From assembly GCA_900751755.1 (NCBI GenBank), contig CAADSP010000075.1:13916-77915 (forward strand): 64,000 nt of DNA. The letters are read 5' to 3'. Of this stretch, positions 58,960-64,000 are shown piece by piece. The stretch's first letter is position 1. The number at the start of each line of letters is the position of its first letter. Under the pieces are notes generated by a model. That model was given only the letters and a program-made list of their open reading frames with translations, had not been told where the DNA came from and did no database searches. Source of the stretch: an uncultured Collinsella sp. (GTDB lineage: Bacteria; Actinomycetota; Coriobacteriia; Coriobacteriales; Coriobacteriaceae). Both the position numbers and the translations under genes were made by a program.

Positions 58960-58988
58960 AGAAAAAGGGCCCCATTGGGGCCCTTTGC
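58960..58988. terminator. Bidirectional terminator
   Basis: AAAAAGGGCCCC-att-GGGGCCCTTT. Confidence 0.85.
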
Positions 58989-58996
58989 AGTTGCAC

Positions 58997-60130
58997 TTAG
59001 ATGCGGTTCATCTGAGCGGCGACTTTGTTGTACCAGTCCTGCCACGTGGGCGGGCAGTACTTTTTGGCCGCTGCCGGGGTAAGGGTGGAGCCGTAGTTGG
59101 CGCCCAGATAGGCAACGTGAGCGGAGATGCCCTCGCTCCAGCTGCCAAAACTGCGCCAACCGCCGCCACGTGCACTCCAGCCCCAGGCGTTGTAAGAATT
59201 GGCGCAATAAGCACCCTTGGTGCTCTCGATGCAGGCGATGGCGGGGGACCAACGGGGGTCGACACCGGTATTCCAAGCGGCGACGGCAAAGTTATAGCCC
59301 TGGCCTGCCATGGGGGAGCCGGCGAGATAATTGTCGATGCGGCCTGTCCACTCATTAATGAACGAATCGTAATCGGAGTTACCAGTATTGGAGCTGTTCA
59401 CCGTGGTGTCGATGGTGGTGTTGGTGTTGGTGGCCTGGCTGCTGGAATTGCTGCCGCTTACGCCCTCGCCCGAGAGCTTCTCGGCGGCAGCGGCCTTATC
59501 GGCCTCAAGCTTGGCAAGCTCGGCGGCATTTTCCTGCTCGGCTTTTGCCTGCGCCTCGCTGCGGAGCTGCTGGGCCTGCGCCAGCGCGTCCTCGGCGTTT
59601 TTCTGCTCTGCCTCAAGTTGAGACTTGGCCTGCTGGAGCTCAGCCTTGTTCTGCTCGAGTTCGGTTTGCATGTTATTGAGCTGTTCGATCTCGTCGACGC
59701 TCGAGCTCGTGATCTGGTTGGTGTATTTGCAGGTCGTGATGAACTCACCCAGGCTCTGCGCGTTGACCAGGAAGCTCACGATGGGATTGGTGCCCTTCTG
59801 ATACTTGTACAGATCGCGCATGGCAGAGCTTGCCTTGGCCTGCTGCTCGGGAAGCTTAGCCTCGATTTCCTCGATGCTTGCCTCATTGGAGTCAATCTGC
59901 TTTTGCAGCTCATCGAGTTTGGTGCGGGCGTCGTTGTAGGCGCTCGTGGCGGCTTCGATCTTCTGCTGGGCTGCGGAAAGCTGGTCCTGCGTTGCCTGCG
60001 AGGCGGCATACGCCGCAACGGGGGAGAGCATCGGCGTGGCCGTCAGCGCAACGGCGAGCGCGGCGCTCGTGATGATACGAGCCGGCGTCGACGCAATGAG
60101 CGCTGCGGTGCGATGATTCGAATGCTGCAT
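58997..60130 (-). CDS. Secreted coiled-coil protein with a C-terminal glucosaminidase-like (GH73/FlgJ-type) peptidoglycan hydrolase domain
   Basis: AGAGGGA RBS. Signal peptide. About 200 aa of heptad-rich Q/E/A/K sequence. Ser/Thr/Asn linker. C-terminal IACIESTKG ... YNAWGW region. The domain assignment is tentative. Confidence 0.6.
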   Translation of the reverse strand: MQHSNHRTAALIASTPARIITSAALAVALTATPMLSPVAAYAASQATQDQLSAAQQKIEAATSAYNDARTKLDELQKQIDSNEASIEEIEAKLPEQQAKASSAMRDLYKYQKGTNPIVSFLVNAQSLGEFITTCKYTNQITSSSVDEIEQLNNMQTELEQNKAELQQAKSQLEAEQKNAEDALAQAQQLRSEAQAKAEQENAAELAKLEADKAAAAEKLSGEGVSGSNSSSQATNTNTTIDTTVNSSNTGNSDYDSFINEWTGRIDNYLAGSPMAGQGYNFAVAAWNTGVDPRWSPAIACIESTKGAYCANSYNAWGWSARGGGWRSFGSWSEGISAHVAYLGANYGSTLTPAAAKKYCPPTWQDWYNKVAAQMNRI

Positions 60131-60364
60131 CCAGTCCCTCTGCAATCAATCGTAGGTTATGGTTCGAACGGTATTCTACTACTGCTTTCGACCTCAACTT
60201 GAACCTTAAAGGTTCCAAAGGGTCAAGTTGAACTTGAGGCTTTGGCTTTGACCTGCAGTTATGATGAATTGTTGAGAAACCATAGAGTTCAACTTTAACG
60301 TTACGGGCGCCTGTTTGAGAAGAGTTTAGGGCTGTAAAAGCTATCTCAACGTGGGATTTTACAG

Positions 60365-60997
60365 CTACAGTGCGCCCTCCTGACGAGCCTGCTCAATCTC
60401 TTCGAGGGCTTCGGCAGGGGTGAACGAACAGGTGCCGTCGCCGAGTTTGATTACCTGGATATCGTCGCCGGCGTAGACCTCTCCGCCCTTTAGTACCACG
60501 CCAAAAACGCCCTCGTGGGGAAAGATGCAGTCGCCGACGAGATAGTAGATGGCACAGCGTGTGTGGCAGACCTTGCCGATTTGGCTGATTTCGACAAGCA
60601 CCTCGCTGCCAAGCTTGAGCTGTGTGCCCAAGGGGAGCGAGAGCAGGTTGATGCCCCGGGTTGTGAAGTTCTCGCCAAAGTCGCCCTCGTGCACATCGAG
60701 CCCGCGCGCCTGCGCCGTCTGGATAGACTCTGCAGCTAAAAAGGAAACCTGGCGGTGCCAATGCCCGGCGTGCGCATCAGAGGCGAGGCCAAATTGCTCT
60801 ATAACGGTGTCGTGCCCGTCGGCGACGGGTGACTTACGCGTGCCTTTGTGCTCCGACGTGTTGATTGAGACGATACGGGCAGGCCCGTTGTAGGCGTCGT
60901 TTGCCGTGCACAGGGGAGCGGTCGCTTTCGCGCGTTCCGCCAGCTCGTGCTTCGCGGCATTGAGGATGGGATTATCGGTCGGATGGTCTTGGGGCAC
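60365..60997 (-). CDS. MOSC domain-containing protein (YiiM-like)
   Basis: GTG start after GAAAGG. GDFGENFTTRG core motif of MOSC beta-barrel proteins. Confidence 0.7.
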   Translation of the reverse strand: MPQDHPTDNPILNAAKHELAERAKATAPLCTANDAYNGPARIVSINTSEHKGTRKSPVADGHDTVIEQFGLASDAHAGHWHRQVSFLAAESIQTAQARGLDVHEGDFGENFTTRGINLLSLPLGTQLKLGSEVLVEISQIGKVCHTRCAIYYLVGDCIFPHEGVFGVVLKGGEVYAGDDIQVIKLGDGTCSFTPAEALEEIEQARQEGAL

Positions 60998-61231
60998 GTG
61001 CGCGCCTTTCGCTCGAAGATGTCAATACGCTGAATCCTACAACAACGGTAGGTTCATTGCCTATTGTCATACAACGGTGAGCGCCGTCTTCGTGCTGGCC
61101 TTCGTGCTGGACGATTGCGTCGATTGCCATAGATACGGTGGAGCTTTGGGCGTCGGCGGCTTGGCACGCTAGAATAAATCAGTTGCGCAAAGACCGCCCG
61201 TTGTGTGGGCAGTTCATGATAGGAAGTTTCC

Positions 61232-62488
61232 ATGGCATTGCAATTTACAGAGCGCGAGTTCATTCCCGTGCTGCTCGGTGGCGACATCAACGCCTATTCG
61301 GTGGCGCGCGCCTTCTACGAGGAGTACCAGGTCAAGAGTCTGGTCTTTGGCAAGTATCAGACGGGTCCCGCGTACCGCAGCCAGATTATCGACTACACGC
61401 CCAACGTGGATATCGACACCATGCCCGTGATGCTCAAAACCGTCAACGGCATTGCCCAAACGCATGCCGATAAGACGATTGTCCTTGTGGGCTGTGGCGA
61501 CAACTATGTCGCTCTCGTGGCTCAGGCCAAGGATGCTCATGAGCTGGCGGATAACATCGTCGCTCCCTACGCGCCCTACAGTATGCTCGAGCAGTGCCAG
61601 AAGAAGGAGATCTTCTACGAGCTGTGCGAGAAGCATGGTGTGCCCTATCCGCATACCTTTACCTTCACCATGGCGATGCTGAACACCCAAGGCGAGGCAC
61701 CTGCCGAAGTGCTCGACCAGATCGATTTTCCTTACCCGATGATTCTGAAGCCTTCTGACGGCATCATGTGGTGGCAGCACGAGTTCGAGGGCCAGAAAAA
61801 AGCCTATGAGATTGCCGACCGCGCCGAGCTGGAACAGGTCATTCGCGATTCGTATGCCAGCGGCTACACCGACGACCTGATCTTGCAGGATCGCGTGCCC
61901 GGCAACGACGAGTACATGCGCGTGCTCACCAGCTATTCCGACCGCAACGGTAAGGTCCGCATGATGTGCCTGGGCCATGTGCTGCTCGAGGAGCATCAGC
62001 CCCACGGTGTCGGCAACCATGCCTGTATCATTACCGAGCCCAACGACGAGCTCATGGGCGGCGTGCGCAAGCTGCTCGAGGACCTTCACTTTGTGGGCTA
62101 TTCCAACTTTGACGTTAAGTACGACGAGCGCGACGGCTCGTTTAAGTTCTTCGATTTCAACACGCGCCAGGGTCGCAGCAACTACTACGTCACCAACAGC
62201 GGCTTTAACGTTGCCAAGTATGTGGTGGACGAGTATGTGTTCAACCGCCCGTTTGAGCCGGAGTTTGTGACGGCACAGGACGAGGCGCTGTGGATGGTCG
62301 TCCCCATGGGCGTCGTCGACAAGTACGTCAAGGATCCCGAGCTGCGCGCTAAGGTGCATCGCCTGGACAAGGAAGGCAAGGGCGCCGACCCTTCGTTTAT
62401 GAAGGGCGACTTTGTCTTTAACCGCTGGCTGCGCATGTGGCACACCAAGCTGCGCCACTTTAAGCTGTTCAAGACGTATTACAAGTAG
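61232..62488 (+). CDS. ATP-grasp ligase, candidate D-aspartate (D-amino acid) ligase for peptidoglycan side chains
   Basis: AGGAAG RBS. ATP-grasp fold (PMILKPSDG ... DFNTRQGRSNYY). 418 aa. Immediately followed by an aspartate racemase gene. Confidence 0.6.
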   Translation: MALQFTEREFIPVLLGGDINAYSVARAFYEEYQVKSLVFGKYQTGPAYRSQIIDYTPNVDIDTMPVMLKTVNGIAQTHADKTIVLVGCGDNYVALVAQAKDAHELADNIVAPYAPYSMLEQCQKKEIFYELCEKHGVPYPHTFTFTMAMLNTQGEAPAEVLDQIDFPYPMILKPSDGIMWWQHEFEGQKKAYEIADRAELEQVIRDSYASGYTDDLILQDRVPGNDEYMRVLTSYSDRNGKVRMMCLGHVLLEEHQPHGVGNHACIITEPNDELMGGVRKLLEDLHFVGYSNFDVKYDERDGSFKFFDFNTRQGRSNYYVTNSGFNVAKYVVDEYVFNRPFEPEFVTAQDEALWMVVPMGVVDKYVKDPELRAKVHRLDKEGKGADPSFMKGDFVFNRWLRMWHTKLRHFKLFKTYYK

Positions 62489-62572
62489 ATGAGTGCGGCG
62501 CCCGTCCGGTTTACATCGGGCGGGCGCGGGTATGATACGCGCAATTGCGCAAGCGTCACCAAGGAGGCGGCG

Positions 62573-63319
62573 ATGGAAAAGCTGGGAGTTATCGGCGGCA
62601 TGGGCGCCGAGGCCACGTCGTATTACTACGACCAGGTGGTGCGTCATACGGCTGCTGCCTGCGATCAGGAACATATCGACATGGTGGTGCTCTCCAAGTC
62701 GACCATGCCCGACCGCACGCTGGCTATTAAGACCGGCGAGCATGCCAAGCTGCTGGCGACCATGAAAGAGTGTGCCCAGGCACTCGAGTCGCTGGGCTGT
62801 GCGCACATTGCCATTCCCTGCAACACGTCGCACTACTTCTACGACCAGATCCAGTCGTTTACGAAGGTGCCGATTATCCACATGCCGCGTGAGTCGGTGC
62901 GCTATGCTCTGGCCGGTGCGGTGATGGGGGAGTGCGAGTTCGACCCCAACCTGAGTATGCCGGCCGAGCCGGTGCACAAGATTGGCATCATGGGCACCGA
63001 CGGTACCGTGGGCGCGGGCGTCTACGGCCGCGAATGTAAGGCTGCGGGTGTTGAGGTTGTCTATCCCAGCGAGAAACGTCAGAACGATGTGATGTCGCTT
63101 ATCTATGATGATGTGAAGGCCGGACGTGAGCCCGATATGGATAAGTTCGACCGCGTGATGTGGGAGTTCGCTCGTAGCGGCTGCGACCGCGTCATTCTGG
63201 CCTGCACCGAGCTCTCGGTGCTGCAGAAGTACCGAGAGATGCCCGAGGTCACCCTCGACGCCATGGACGTCCTGGTGCGTGAATCCATCATCCGCAGCGG
63301 CGCCCCCTACCGCCTCTAG
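62573..63319 (+). CDS. Asp/Glu racemase-family protein (aspartate racemase candidate)
   Basis: AAGGAGG RBS. LGVIGGMG motif and second-half Cys (LACTELS). 248 aa. Confidence 0.75.
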   Translation: MEKLGVIGGMGAEATSYYYDQVVRHTAAACDQEHIDMVVLSKSTMPDRTLAIKTGEHAKLLATMKECAQALESLGCAHIAIPCNTSHYFYDQIQSFTKVPIIHMPRESVRYALAGAVMGECEFDPNLSMPAEPVHKIGIMGTDGTVGAGVYGRECKAAGVEVVYPSEKRQNDVMSLIYDDVKAGREPDMDKFDRVMWEFARSGCDRVILACTELSVLQKYREMPEVTLDAMDVLVRESIIRSGAPYRL

Positions 63320-63444
63320 CTTCCGACCTGTCAAAAAGGGACAGGTTAATTTTGGTAGGTTTTATCTGGTGAAACAGTAAAGTCCTCGGCTCGTTTGGTG
63401 CGAGCCGAGGCCTTTTGCGTTGGGCGGTTGCTGTCAGTGGTGAA

Positions 63445-63990
63445 CTAGAACAGGAAGCCGATGGCGATGAGGGCGATGCTGACGATGAGCACGGCGATGT
63501 CCAGGCCTTTGATGGGGTAGCGCTTGTACGAGCTGGCGCGCGTACGCAGGTAGAAGCCGCGCTGTTCTGCCGCCAAGGCTGTGGCATCGGTCTTGCCCAC
63601 GCTCGAGATGAGCAGCGGCACGCACAGTGGCAGCATGAGCTTAAGCTTCTTGATGGGGTTCTTGGTGTCGTACTCGACGCCGCGTGCGGTCTGCGCCTCC
63701 ATGATGGCGTTCATCTCCTGACCAAACACCGGCACAAAGCGCAACGCCGTGGTAAAGGTGAAGGCATAGCGATACGGCACGTGCAGCACCTCGACGCAGG
63801 CGTTGGCAAGGTCGTTGAGCTTGGTCACCATGAGCATGAGGATGAGTGGTAACGCCACACCCAGCAGGCGCAGGCAGGCCTTCGATCCTGTGATGAGGCC
63901 CGTGTCGGTGATAAAACCCCACACCACGTTGCCATCGCGCATAAAGGCCAGCTGGAGCACCAGCATGATAAGCGCGAGCGGAATCAGCAA
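63445..63990 (-). CDS. ECF transporter T component (EcfT/CbiQ family), 3' part only (5' end beyond window)
   Basis: Polytopic membrane protein with the EcfT C-terminal region. The ORF is open to the window edge. Confidence 0.65.
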   Translation of the reverse strand: MLIPLALIMLVLQLAFMRDGNVVWGFITDTGLITGSKACLRLLGVALPLILMLMVTKLNDLANACVEVLHVPYRYAFTFTTALRFVPVFGQEMNAIMEAQTARGVEYDTKNPIKKLKLMLPLCVPLLISSVGKTDATALAAEQRGFYLRTRASSYKRYPIKGLDIAVLIVSIALIAIGFLF

Positions 63991-64000
63991 CTTGAGCAGC

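Noticed and set aside
61214-63334. 706-aa ORF on the minus strand
   Set aside because: Entirely antisense to two well-supported plus-strand genes (ATP-grasp ligase and Asp racemase, both with strong SDs). Its Gly/Val/Ala/His-rich composition is typical of GC-rich antisense frames.

Overview
High-GC (~60%) chromosomal segment, most likely from an actinobacterial-type anaerobe (Coriobacteriia such as Collinsella or Olsenella is a tentative guess from gene content and codon usage alone). The window holds about 70 protein genes on both strands, with strong GGAGG-type ribosome-binding sites and many GC-rich hairpin terminators.

Housekeeping content:
- 3' end of an O-acetylhomoserine sulfhydrylase gene, panE, nfo, pgi, ettA, nadE, ldh, a class I aminotransferase, tcdA, a TatD nuclease, and an EcfT fragment at the window end.
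- A polar amino-acid ABC transporter (binding lipoprotein, permease, ATPase).
- A lysine biosynthesis operon on the minus strand (lysA-dapA fused, dapB, dapH), apparently controlled by a lysine riboswitch, with a divergent M20 deacetylase.

Accessory and notable content:
- A compact three-gene island of an unknown protein, a ClpP-family peptidase and a soluble VirD4/TraG-like P-loop ATPase, sitting between pgi and a HAD hydrolase behind an AT-rich leader. This is the best candidate for an undescribed system.
- An frl-like (fructosamine/Amadori compound) catabolic locus with a GntR regulator, extended by two amidohydrolases and YjbQ, BtpA/SgcQ and FGGY kinase genes.
- A YolD plus Y-family polymerase cassette, higBA, an ArsR-SdpI-like pair, a Ser/Thr kinase preceded by an HTH gene, and an ATP-grasp plus aspartate racemase pair that looks like a D-Asp ligase module.
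- A large sortase-type surface protein.
- At least three families of small palindromic repeats, including a 79-nt, 78/79-identical hairpin element that supplies the 5' leader of two unrelated genes.

Long antisense ORFs in the track are GC artefacts. No CRISPR array, rRNA or tRNA was seen.
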